From: Octopus bimaculoides
Lineage: Eukaryota
Length of the DNA: 64,000 bases
Assembly: GCF_001194135.2 (NCBI RefSeq)
Contig: NC_068982.1
Coordinates: 37,773,204 to 37,837,203, forward strand
Reading direction: 5' to 3'
In this document: positions 11,640 through 23,462 of the stretch, in pieces
Layout of the letters: each line of letters starts with the position of its first letter
Numbering within the stretch: the stretch's first letter is position 1
Program-made: the position numbers and the translations under genes
The notes under the pieces: model-generated
The model's database searches: none
Told to the model about the DNA's origin: nothing
Seen by the model: the letters and a program-made list of their open reading frames with translations, nothing else

Positions 11640-12140
11640 ATTTTTCATTGAAAAAATATCCTTGTTTTTCTACTTACATTGAAGTATTCAGTGTCTCTTT
11701 GAACTGAGACACAGTATTTGCGAATGACATCAATGTGATGTGGTGGCTACATCGACAATTGAGGTGATCAATAATATACTGGAGGAGTACTAGGCAGTAA
11801 CTGGGGAATGATTTAACCTAAATATATCAGTAGGACACAACATGGCATTTGAAGAGACAAATTTTTGTAAGATGGCAGTTACTTGTACTGGATTGAGAGT
11901 CCTGTTAAAGTGGTTTAAGTTTGCTTAAATCCAGATCTCCTGGTAGATAAAACTGGGAGGTGGTTTGAAAGTAGAGAGGCCAAACTTATGCAGAATGGAC
12001 TAAGTGGAAGCTGTTCCTGAAAGGCTGAGCAGAGGTTGCTAGTACTGCCATCTAACTGTTGCACCTTGTCCCAGGAAGCATCTTACCAGAATGGAGTACA
12101 TGCACTTTTCCTTCTTGTGAAAGTAAGAGGCTAATGTTAC
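11640..12140 (+). pseudogene. Decayed L1/Tx1-like LINE RT fragment (copy 1)
   Basis: VFANDINV (decayed YADD, from 11714), LEEY*AVTG, WIESPVKV, PDLLVDK, KLFLKG*AEVA, LTVAPCP in the order expected for Tx1-type RT. Confidence 0.7.
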
Positions 12141-12224
12141 AATTTATCTTTGTGGAACCAATAAAATAATGTAGCATTCAAGTATTGGGGTAAATTTAAC
12201 CAACTGATCCCTCCTCTCGGATAA

Positions 12225-12345
12225 GTGATCCTATGCCTGATGAGGTTAACTTTGCTTTTCATCCTTTCAGGGTTGATAAAATGGTGAAGTACTGAGATCA
12301 CTGGAATCAATAAGCTTAGTCCCCTTAAAATTGGCAGCTTTGTGC
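12225..12345 (+). mobile_element. Partial SINE family A (central block and 3' part)
   Basis: GAGGTTAACTTTGCTTTTCATCCTTTCAGGGTTGATAAAAT. Confidence 0.7.
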
Positions 12346-13029
12346 TTAAATCATGATTGTTGTTTCTAGAATGTATGCCAATCTGTTTTGCCTTAGCGCA
12401 AAGTTGTTTTCCTAGTTTTTGTGTTACCTCTTTTAATACAGAACCAACCATAACTACTGATGACTTGTTGGTTCCTTTGTTTCTTATCCTATTAGTGGGG
12501 GAGGGTATACCTTTAAAAGCAAATTTTATTTCATGAAAAAAGTTAGTATAAACATTCAAGAATCATCATTCTTGATAGCCAGTCAACAGGGATTGAAGTT
12601 GGAGGTATTGTAAGTGGTGAGAAGAAGGTCCCACTGAGAGTCACTTCTTTGCTATTTTCACCGAGGTAGACTTGCCCTTCTCTGAGTCATCAATGTGACC
12701 CCCTCTTCCCCATTAGCCCCACTGTTATTGACACTTGTGGGAAGAGAAGTGATAATGATAACAACCTGCTGAGTAATGGCATTATTAAAGGTAATGTAAT
12801 AAGAAACAACATGCTTTTAGAAGCTTGTCAAAAATCCTACAGGGATCTTGAGAAACAATTTTCAGGTAATTTTCTAGGTGAGAGTGGGTACGAACATTTT
12901 GGAGAGGCTTTCAAAGAACCCCCTCCCTGTTCAGAAGACCAGATTACTCATTCTTCTCCTCAACTAAGGTAAGTGATCTCTCACTTCTTTTCTTCCTACA
13001 AACGTGGCATTACCCAAAAGTGTGTTGTA

Positions 13030-13600
13030 TAAATGCACATAGCCCAACGTCAACTGGGAAGCATAGCCAGATGATGTCATTGCAATGGAGTCAGCCACCA
13101 CAAAGGTTGAGGTAGGAAAACAATGATAACGGGAGCAAAATTTAACCTTAACAAGTCAATAGATTTGCAACTTGATGTTTGGAAAGGCAAGTTCATGGTG
13201 GCCAGCATCTTGGGGCACTGAACTGACAGACTAGTTAAGGTACCTGGATCTGTTTCAGACAAGATCTCCAAATGGATATGAGCACGATTGCCAGTTTCAT
13301 TAGAGATGAGATGATAAGAAATTATTCCTGAAAGACTGGACAGTAATGGAGAACATGTACATTGTCTGCATTGTGTATTGCTGCCTAACCATTTTTGCTT
13401 CAAGCATGTTATCTGTTTCAACAGCCTTGGTGTGGTGGGCTCAGTATGTTGTGAATGCTGATGCACATACATGTGCTGATGCAGAGATTCTTGAATAGTA
13501 AACTGGTGTTGCTGCCTTTTATCAGGAACATTTTCCAACAGTGCATTTCTTTGATGAAGCAGCAGAGTTCTGAGTCAAGTAAAGCTTAGAGTCTTGAGTC
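13030..13600 (+). pseudogene. Decayed L1/Tx1-like LINE RT fragment (copy 2)
   Basis: A*PDDVI at 13061 (decayed YADD), GAKFNLNKSIDLQLDVWKGK, SILGH*TDRLVKV, GGLSML*MLMH...QRFL. The listed 153-aa minus ORF is the antisense of this. Confidence 0.7.
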
Positions 13601-13619
13601 AAGCAAAGCAAAGCTCAAG

Positions 13620-14433
13620 TGGTTTAATTTTTATAATTCCTCTTTTGTTTGTATCTGTAAAATTGTTTTCTATTTACTCATGGCATGTTTCATGTATCTT
13701 CTTATTATTAGTACTACATTAATCATAGTAGTTCTGGGATCCACATGTAGGGAACGCTGTCAAGAGCCTTCTGGCATGCTGTGTTCAGACCCTTCTTTTT
13801 TCTTTCTGCATTCTTTGGTTAGGGCTTTGTTGATCAGTAATTGATCTTTACAGCCATATGAGGCTTTTGCAGGATTTCTTCCAATTTATTGGAAACGGGT
13901 TATTTTTTTTCCAAATGTTTAATGTAGTTAAGGCATTGTAGTGTGTATGAAGGCAGTTATGGGTTTACAGTTTTTTAAGAGCTGGTTTCTTTAGTTTTGA
14001 GGATTAAGATAGTTTTTCTCATCAATGAGCCAGTTGGATGGTTTTTTTCAGCTCTGTCAGATCTAGTTAAACATCTCTGTACCTTATGTGTCCATGTTAA
14101 ATATTCTAACTATAAGTTTGGAATCTAAGCAAGTGCCTTCAGTTTTTTTTGTTTTTTTTTTCAGTAGCAAGGTAGCTTCTGTAAATTGTTTTGATGTTGT
14201 GTTATTCTTTTGTAATTCTTTTGTTGCTCATACTTCTCCCCGAAATTCTTCTATTCTTCTTGCTGTTTGTACTGCATCAGTTTCCGTTTTATATTTACTA
14301 AGTTCTTGATAAAATTATTTTGGGTCAAAAGCAAATTGTTTTGCTCAAAGAATTATTGTTTTTTTTTATTGATGAATTCATTGCAATTTAGGGAAGACCT
14401 CTTATTTCAGGCATTTTAAAAAATTTCAGACAC

Positions 14434-14489
<56 letters not shown>

Positions 14490-14712
14490 GTTTTAGGTGG
14501 TGAACTGACAGAATCGTTAGCATGCTAGGTGAAATGCTTAGTGTTATTTTGCCCATTGTTACATTCTGAGTTCAAATTCTGCAGAGGTTGACTTTGCCTT
14601 TCATCCTTTTGGAGTTGATAAATTAAGTACCAGTGAAACACCGGGGTCAATGTAATTTACTATCTCCCACCCCCAAATTTCAGGCCTTGTGCCTATAGCA
14701 GAAAGGATTATT

Positions 14713-14757
<45 letters not shown>

Positions 14758-15330
14758 GGATAAGTTTTATTTCTTTAGTTTTTGCCTCCTTCCTTTTTCT
14801 CAATTGTGTTGTTTTGTTATTGATTTCACTACTGATTGGGAGATTTTTTTTCTCGTTCTCTATCTCTTTGTATACATTTATTTCCCATGTCCCTTGCTTG
14901 GGGTCTGATTCTCTCATTTCAGTAGATCTAATGGAGTACTGACTTTTCTTTGTAACTACAGTGACTGATGCACATACTATTTCATTTATCCTGATATTGA
15001 TGTCTGTATCTGTTGTTGCTATTTTATTGTTGTAATTCTTGAATAATTCTCACTTTTAGATTGTCATGGCTATGATTGCCACTTTCAGAATTTCCTTTTC
15101 TTAATTCTTTCTCGAAGTGCTAAATATCCAAGTGAGGTGTATACTGCAGGCTACTCTTCAGGCCAATGGTATCTTGATTAAATGAAGTTTACATTGTTGT
15201 TAGGAGGCACAATGACAAATCCACAACCTTCCACCCCAATAAATCACTATTGTTCCTGAAAATTGTTTTTTTATACTTTCTACAGATTGCTTGAAGCTCA
15301 CCTTCTTCCTACACCTTGATCCTTGGATCT
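13620..15330 (-). pseudogene. Decayed R4/Dong-like LINE, N-terminal to RT region, interrupted by a SINE
   Basis: Minus strand: INEIVCASVTVV (~14950), EQNNLLLTQNN-like QNxLF..DQKxFY block (~14300-14350), then YGCKDQLLINKALTKECRKK / frameshift / GLNTACQKALDSVPYMWI (13735-13860), matching GxKDQLLIDK...KAYDSVPHSWI of R4/Dong RT. Confidence 0.8.
14495..14708 (+). mobile_element. Full-length SINE family A nested in the Dong ORF
   Basis: Complete head, central block and tail; (TTA)n on both sides (14436-14490, 14707-14757). Confidence 0.9.
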
Positions 15331-15348
15331 TACATTTACATATATGTA

Positions 15349-15401
<53 letters not shown>

Positions 15402-16305
15402 TGACTTGATTGGTGTTGACATTTAAGAGGAATGGATGATATGAGCTTGGATGAAAAGTAGTGGGATTTTATATTAGATATTATACAAGAAAGAAGAGCA
15501 TCAAGAAATGTCAATTTAAAATAAGTCAAAAAGATTTAGGCTCTATAAAAACAAAGGATATCAGTGGATGGAGAAATGTTGTAAAGTCTAAATCCCTATC
15601 TAACTTATGTCAACAAAATTGCACATAAAAGCATTAATGGTTGTTCTTATAGTAATGGTAGATAAATGATGTTTGCAATGGTTGCAACTTTTGTGGCATT
15701 GATGACTTTTTTCCAAATATTTTTTGTCAGTATGTGTTTTTCTTTTTTGCCTTATATTTTACCACCGTAGTATTAACCTTCACTATTTTACTAGTTGTTA
15801 TTAATTCTTTTTTAACTAGATTCTTTTCTTTAACCTAACATTTCTATTTGTTAATGTATCTTCCATTCTCTTTCATCTCAGATACATCTTCAAAACACTT
15901 TAATATTACTTGGACCAAGTGTAGTTATTTATCAATAATACTTCAGTGTACTGAAATTGTTGTATGTTACTTTCCTTTATTAGTCTGTTTAGAATTTCTT
16001 ATTCAATTTCTGCACTTTTTGGTTATTGGCCTGTTCAGTGTAAAGCAGGGTCAAGTAATTAGATTTGTGTTTTTTAATGAATGCATTTATATTTATCTTG
16101 ACTGTCATATTGTTGTGTAGCTTCAGGTTATTCAGCTCTGATCAAGCAGACCTAATCTAATCATTTTTAAGATAACAGTGTGTGACTCAAGGGAAGTTGT
16201 TTCCTATTTCTACCATATAGAGGTACTCTAGTTGGATTCATGGTTCCTTTAGTTTGATTGTAAAATAGTTCTAGTTGAATATGTGGGACTGGGTAGGTGA
16301 AATTA

Positions 16306-16521
16306 TAAGGGGTGCTCAAATGTTCCTGGCTTTAAGGGTACTGTGAAAGGCCTGGTTGGAAGTCCAACCTCCCAAGTTCTTTTACAGGGCTTAGAAAAAC
16401 TGAAGGACTGCTGCAATAAGTGTGTGAATCTGAGAGGGGAATATGTTGAATAAAATCATAATTAACTGATCCTCCTGTATTTTCTATTACCCAAAGCCAG
16501 GAACTCTTCTGCACCATCTCA
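16306..16521 (+). mobile_element. Mariner-derived MITE (216 bp)
   Basis: TA on both sides; imperfect TIRs TAAGGGGTGCTCAAATGTTCCTGGCTTT / AAAGCCAGGAACTCTTCTGCACCATCTCA; internal GLEKLKDCCNKCVNLRGEYVE* is a mariner transposase C-terminus. Confidence 0.85.
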
Positions 16522-17049
16522 TATTGTTTTCTTTTTGGAAATCATTCTTGTTTAGAATTCTTATAAGATTCTTCAAATTTGTTTTATTAGTTATTCATTA
16601 ACCACAATGATGTAATAAAATAAAATTAATTATTAATCAGCTTTTATCATTAAAAAAATGAGCAAGACTAAAAATTGCAAAACAAAAAGCAAATGACAAT
16701 TAAAAACAAAAATCATGTTTATGATATGTAATTGAATACATAAAGGAGTTAGTTTAGAATTTTATTTACCAACATACAGTATATCATTGAATATCATTTA
16801 GGACATATAGAAAACAATGTATACAGTGCAATTATTGAACATAAATAATTTATGTTACATCAGCATTTATGGGTTGATATTTTTGTACAGATTTTATTTT
16901 CTTAATCTATTACAAAACATGATGTGCCTCTTGTCATTGGCAAATTATTCATTTACACATAGGTATAGTAGATTATAATTGTTACTGATGGCTTCTAATG
17001 CTATGCTAATTCAGTTCAGTTAGTAAGCTATTGCTCTATAGAGTAAGGA

Positions 17050-17760
17050 GTTGTTTTAGTCCCAGTAGTCTAGCTATGTGTTTTATATTCCTTTACTTTA
17101 GATACAAGCTATTGTCAGCTTATGACACATTTCCATTCAACAAGTGTCATCCATTTGCATCTCATGTCCATACCAGCAGCTGCCCTCCTGTAAACATCAA
17201 TTTAAGTGTTTAGTGCTTGTTTACTCATTTAACCTACTTGTGATGTGTCTTTCATACATGTTTCATCCAACAAACATGTTATACTGAACTAATTTTCTGA
17301 CCAGCCTCTGTGGATCATCAACAGTCAATGTCAAGTCTCTCTACCATATAATCATATACTTCTTACACTAGGTAATACCAAAAATTACATATGGGTAGGT
17401 AATCCCAGAAATTACAGACCTAAACAAGTAACTACTCTTATACATCTTGTGCATTTGAATCCCTGGTTTTCTGTCAATCTTCTAGATGTTCTAGCACACT
17501 TTTTTTTTTATATTGTTGCCTGCACTGAATACCAAGTGCAGAGCTTTTACTTATTGCTCTCCTGCATACTGAATGAAGTTACATAAAACATGACACTAAG
17601 ACAATATATTGATCATTGCCTGAGTCCTTCCAAATTTCAAACTCTTTCTGTAATAGTTCAACAGTTCTAAAATGACCAACACTCTAGTGATAATGCACTG
17701 GTGAACAACAAGCTGTACATTAGATTATTTTCCTAAATTCTTAACAAATTTCCAGTCTTT
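17050..17760 (-). pseudogene. Decayed RTE-clade LINE fragment
   Basis: Minus strand: RLTENQGFKCTRC and a CWYGHEMQMDD block (RWYGHVxRM motif). Confidence 0.65.
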
Positions 17761-19124
17761 CAAGCACGCACGAGACTACAGAGCATGTTATCTTGTCAAA
17801 GGTTGTCATTAGGGTGACAAATAGATAGATTGCTGAACTGAAATGATATGAAAAAGAAATGAAAATAATCTCGATTGGTAAATAACTTAGACTGAGCAAG
17901 AAGTGTAGTTTGTTTACATATTTTTTATTGTTAAAATTCCCTCACTTAATGCAAGGGCAATTACATGTGGCATTTTCTAGGGCCAGGGAATTATCTAATA
18001 TGGCAATAAGGGTAGTTGAAACCAACAGGCAAAGCAAATGAGAAGGTAAAATTCTTACAAAAACATTGTGTATAAAGAAGTATTGAGAGAGTAAATCTAG
18101 AATTTTATTAATCTTGTGTATATATATATCATTCATATTACATTCAGTTCATGCAGCTTGTAAAGTATTTTCTGTGATCACATACAATGCTTATTTCATA
18201 CAAGTTTAAATTGGCTCATGTTTTGTATTTCTGTTTCTATATGTATGTCACACAGTTTGTGCAGTCCCATTTGTAATGTAGAATGTTTGTATCTAATTCA
18301 GTGAATAAGCTCATGTTTTTTTTTTTATGTACATATCATAATCATATGAAGTATAGTTTGTATTTATTAAATATGTAATAAAGATAATAAACATTTAATC
18401 AATATATATGAATAAGTTTATCTTTTAATTCATCTTTTATTTCTCTAAACTATAAAGCACACTATGTCTGTCAGATGTATTACAAAGAGGTAAATAAGCA
18501 ATACCATCAAAATTCATTTGAATTATATTTAAAAGCACTGTTTTGATTAAGTGACAGGATATCAAAAGATTTTTTTGAAATTCCTTGTTTGTGTTCAATA
18601 TACTAACATAATGTTTTCACATGTGCCGACTAATACCATTGAATTTCCATGGGTCCTGCTAGTTTAAGATATTTTCTGAATTTTAGACTGTTATAAATAC
18701 TAGAAAAGATCCATTTTAACTAGTTTAACTGTTCAATGTGGTGATAAATGTCTGTCAATGGTTACAATTATTTTATAAAAATATTGCAAGTAGTAATGTT
18801 TCAGAATGGGTCTTAAATTGGTCACAATGTGTTATTAATTGGAAATGTTTGTATCTTTTGAGTCTAGGACATGACAAATTTCTGTAAATAAGGTTATTAG
18901 TTTGAGGCAACAAACACAACTTCCTTTGAAGAAACTTTGAAGAAGCTCATTGCTAAAATGATTAGATATGTTCTATATTACTTAGCCAGCCTCCCATTGA
19001 TGTACAATTTCTAGCCAAGAAGACAAAGATGAGGAGATTAGTGCCATGTACAAAAGTCAGTACAACACTAGTGATGGATTATAAACTGTAACCTGCAAAT
19101 TGAGAAACTGATGTGGGATTAGAA

Positions 19125-19360
19125 TGTTGCAGGAAAGAATTGCAAGATGGATTCTTCAAGTCAAGGCATCTGGCATGAGACCTAGGGGTAAACTAAGAAC
19201 AAGGTGGTTGAATAATACCCTTGGTCTTAGTTGGTCATGCTCGGGAATCTAGCCAGGAAGTCTAATGATGGTTGCTTTTGATGGAATCTTATAGAAGTGG
19301 TGCCTGAGGTCTCTACCCGCAAGACCCTCCCAATAATAGCGGGCAGAGAAAATGGATGGA
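19125..19360 (+). pseudogene. 3' end of a second RTE-type LINE family (RTE-2)
   Basis: QERIARWILQVKASGMRPRGKLRTRWLNN matches the RTE GxRPRGRPRTRW motif; ends AAAATGGATGGA; same family as 48890-49450. Confidence 0.7.
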
Positions 19361-19399
19361 CTTTATGATTTTCTATAAAAGCATTTCACATGTATATGT

Positions 19400-19712
19400 T
19401 AGGGATTGCACCTAGAAAGTTACCCTCAAAGGCACAAGTCTGGGCAAGGTTGTTTATGAAAGATCAGCAGTCACTCATGCAAACCACCCTCCCATCTCCA
19501 CACCAGCGATGTTGTCCAAGGAAATGGCAAAGACTAATACAGCTCAGCACCAGTGATGCTGCAACTCATTTCTACAGGTGAGTGAACTGGAGCAATGTGA
19601 AACAAAGTGTCTTGCTCAAGAACACAACACACAGCCCAGTCCAGGAACTGAACTCACTACCTCATGATTGTAAGCCTGACACTCTAACCACTGAGCCATG
19701 CACATTCACTGG
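19400..19712 (-). mobile_element. tRNA-derived SINE, family C
   Basis: Minus strand: GCATGGCTCAGTGGTTAGAGTG A-box, GAGTTCAGTTCC B-box, CTTGAGCAAGACACTT block; related copies at 32170 and 49545. Confidence 0.8.
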
Positions 19713-19744
19713 GTAATACTAGTCATGTAATTATCAGTGTTTGG

Positions 19745-19880
19745 TTAACAAGTGATCTCCACTAGCCAAATCCACTCACAAAGCTTTAGGAGCTATAGTA
19801 GAAGACACTTGCTCAAGATTCTATGTTGTGTGATTGAATCTGGGACCACATGGTTTGAAAGCAAGTTTCATATAGTTGCT
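19745..19880 (-). mobile_element. Partial SINE family B (5' part)
   Basis: CCAAATCCACTCACAAAGCTT...CTATAGTAGAAGACACTTGC is the reverse complement of the family B head. Confidence 0.7.
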
Positions 19881-20109
19881 AGGTGTAAACTTTCTGTAAT
19901 TTTAATGCTATTTAAAGCTTAAATAGTGTATTCATGTTTTATCTTGTGTCAGAGATCTACCTAGTATGACAAATAAATTTTTAGACAGATTCACACAAAA
20001 AAAAAAAAAAAAATTTAAATGACTTTTAAATATGGAGTATTTTTTTGAAGGACCACATCAGTTTCACTGAGTTCTTAGGAAGGCCATAATAAGCCATAAC
20101 AATAAACTT

Positions 20110-20405
20110 TTCCCCTAAGTCCCGATTGTTGAATTCAGTTACCACACCACCACGCCAACAAAAAGCTACATCTTTATATTATAGGGATTGAAACAAACAA
20201 ATGCTTGTAGTGGGGGACAAATACAAACACAAAGAAACGCAAATATATATATATATGTATATAATAGGGTTCTTTCAGTTTCCATCTACCAAGTTTACTC
20301 ACAAGGTCAGCCTAGGACTATAGATACTTGCCCAAGGTGTTGTTCAGTGGGACTGAACCCAAAACCACATGATTGGGAAGTAAGCTTCTTACCCATGCAA
20401 CCACG
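20110..20405 (-). mobile_element. SINE family B
   Basis: Reverse complement of head (GGTAAGAAGCTTACTTCCCAATC...GGGTTCAGTCCC) and body with a short TA run. Confidence 0.8.
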
Positions 20406-21185
20406 AGTGTGTGTGTGTATTTATGTTTGTATATGTATAAAATAAGTATGCTATTGTTAATACTGCTGTTATTGTTGTATGATGTTATTTATCATTAGTA
20501 TTTTACTGGAGTTGATACTGAAATTACATTTTGGAAATTTCCTGTTTTACTGAGACATTGTTACTTTTATTGGTACCAGCTCAGGAAAACATGTACATGA
20601 ATAGAAGCATCTGAAGACGAATATTGATATAGTGATAACTTGAACCTACCTTGCAAATATTGTTAATGCTTTCAAAGCCGCTGTTTTTTATTCCATTGCT
20701 GATTATTTTATGATTATTTTTGTAATTGTTTAACTCATTTTTATTTTATTCACTATTGTTTTCTTCAAAATTTCAATGTGTAAGAAACAACAAAATTTGG
20801 AAAGAAATAAAAAAACAAATTCAAATTTCATCAAACCTTGATGAGAAAAATTTCCCTCTAAAATAAAATCCTAAAATGATTCTTAATTACTCTTAGTAAT
20901 TACTGCCAATGAGATTATATACAGTGAGGAATTGCAATGGCTGAGTGAATAAGGTGTCAGTGTCTCAGCTGATGAGTTGCAAGCTCTTATTTCTCTCAGC
21001 CATTGCACTCTAAGGAATTTTACAAGGTAGAGGAGTGAAGAAGAAGTAGAAGAAAAAAAAAACCCGGCAAAAATAAAGAAAAAAGAGAAAACAAAACAAA
21101 AAGAAAAAAACACTCAGTAGTTGTAGAACATCAGATTAGTTAGAAACTGATAAGTAATTTGGTGGTTAGCAGTATCGAAGTTTAA

Positions 21186-21562
21186 CTCTTTAGCATTTAA
21201 CCTGGCCATATCTGGCCAAAATATTCTGCTCTCTTTATGTTCAAATTAGCCAGATCCAGCCTCTCACACCTACCCTACAATGTTAGTCTTATCATATGAT
21301 AAATTCAAAACAATGTGAATAAATAAATGTTACATTTGATAGAATAATCTGAAAGCTAAAGGGCTAAACCAGCCATATCTGGCCAAAATATTCTACCTGT
21401 TTCATCTTCAATTCAGCCAGATCTGGCTTCTCATACCTACCTTACAGTGCTATTTTAAAAATAAACAATCACACCATTGAAATCTTAACGCTATGAGACA
21501 ATGCATGAACAATGTGAATAAATAAACATTACATTTGGCAAAGGAATGTGAATGCTAAAGGG
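21186..21562. mobile_element. Head-to-tail dimer of the TTAA-flanked MITE
   Basis: TTAA at 21182-21185 and 21563-21566; two successive copies of CCATATCTGGCCAAAATATTCT...ATGTGAATAAATAAA...GCTAAAGGG. Confidence 0.8.
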
Positions 21563-22059
21563 TTAATGTTTTCACATAAGACTACAATGGAATTGTCTAG
21601 AAAAAATATAATCTATTATTTTTTGACATTCAAAGGAAACTAATGGAGTTGGTTATTGATAATGTTATTGAGTAGTAGTGGTAAGCTTGTAAGCTTATGT
21701 TAAGATGAAATTCAGCATGAACATATATGAATATCTAATCATAAATTTATAGATATGTCACAAACATAAAATGATGTTTTTTTTAGCACTTTTTAAGCAG
21801 AAAGGTATTGTTTTACCTGGAGAAATAAAAGCCCTAATCATTTGTCAGTTATCCAAAAATTATGTTTACATCCTGTCTTTGATAGTATTATTCTTGTTGG
21901 TTATAAAGTTGGTTTTAGTGATTTTGGTGATATTAATAATGAAAGAATGATGATAATTATATATACTGATAGTCATACACTTTTAATTAATATTCTCACT
22001 TGATATGTGCATCAGCTTAACATTAAATCTAATGCCTACCAGATTGATTAAACTCATAG

Positions 22060-22260
22060 TCAATGAGAGAACCCCTATGCAGTTGCTTGAGCTAGAAATA
22101 GTAGTCAAACATCCCTTAATACTCCTTACCATCATGAAAAAGAGGACACATTGGATTATGTAGTCTTAGAAACCCTTAAATAATATGGACTGGTCATAGC
22201 TAGTATCCCTTTGTTCATATGCCTACTCTGTCAAAGTTGACTTGGAGCCAATAACTCATA
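22060..22260 (-). mobile_element. Dispersed short repeat, family D (probable SINE)
   Basis: CTAGAAATAGTAGTCAAA...ATTATGTAGTCTTAGA is the reverse complement of part of 43505-43700. Confidence 0.55.
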
Positions 22261-23370
22261 AGCAAGCTAGCTAGAAGAATTAACAATTCTGCCATATCGT
22301 CTAGTCTCAATTGTATAAGGTTTTATTTCACTTACTGGTGCCGCACAGGGTATAATTCATATGGTGACTCAGGTTTATAGTAGATACCAATCTCATCAAT
22401 TCTGTAAAGTGCTTCCTTATTCTTCATTCTATTTCTAAATGTGGCTTAGTTGTTGAGAAAACTTTGATAATCACAATTTCTTAATGATATCCAAATGCTT
22501 TCTTCCTGTCATATTTGCAACAAGTCTTGAACAATGGTTTTTATTAATTATTTTTTTCTCAATAATTAATATTAAAATTTAATTTTATAATTTTCCAATC
22601 TACTTCATAATCTAATAAACTTTTAATCTTTATCATACGTTATCAATTACTATTGATTTTTCTAAATGTAAACCCAGTTGAAATGAAGAAAAGCGTTTAA
22701 GTGATATAAATATTAAGATTTAATGCATGCTGGTGAATGTATTCAATATGCAACATACATTTTCTGTAGAATTTGAAGATCTTGAGTAGGAATATGTGAG
22801 AAAGAAACTAGTTTTATAAGTGCCTGTATAAAGGTATAATAAAAACTTATTACAAGAAAGATACATTTTTGTTAAGACTTTCTAATAATGATTAGAAAAA
22901 TTTAAAGTGTTTTATAGCTATAAACTAAATCTGAATTTTTATTCAATATTTAAAATCATACTAAAGCATTTGTGTGAATGCTGTTTTCAATTTAGCTTAT
23001 GAGAAAGGACAAAATATATGAATGAATGAGAAAAAATAATCAGAGACACCTGCTACATGAAAAATTCATAGGAAAATGAGCACAAGCATTACTTGATGAT
23101 AGTTTATTTTCATTTTGTTCCTTTTTACTTCCACTTTTTTTATGTTAACATGAGTTAGATGAATATATTATTGAGGCCATATTTTACAGCCAGATACCAT
23201 TCTTGTCACTAACTCTTATCTGTTTTTAAGTAAGTGATCTCTTATTTCACATATCTTTAAAGGTGGAAAGTCAGTTGATGATTTGATGACAAGAAATGCA
23301 AGTAATGTCACTACTTGTAGCTCAGTAATTTTTGGAGAAGCACAAATTCATACAAACAAATGAAACACAT

Positions 23371-23371
<1 letters not shown>

Positions 23372-23443
<72 letters not shown>
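23372..23443. repeat. (CA)n microsatellite
   Basis: Read directly. Confidence 0.95.
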
Positions 23444-23447
<4 letters not shown>

Positions 23448-23462
23448 TGACAAAAAGGCATT

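Noticed and set aside
13077-13538. 153-aa minus-strand ORF
   Set aside because: It is the antisense of a decayed Tx1-like RT on the + strand.
20968-20990. CTGATGAG as a hammerhead ribozyme core (also ~49352 on the minus strand and CTGATGA at ~62100)
   Set aside because: No GAAA follows a closing stem II, so the catalytic core is incomplete.
20897-21027. Protein-like frame ITANEIIYSEELQWLSE*GVSVSADELQALI as an EF-hand exon
   Set aside because: It has an in-frame TAA, and the segment is better explained as an inverted-repeat hairpin.
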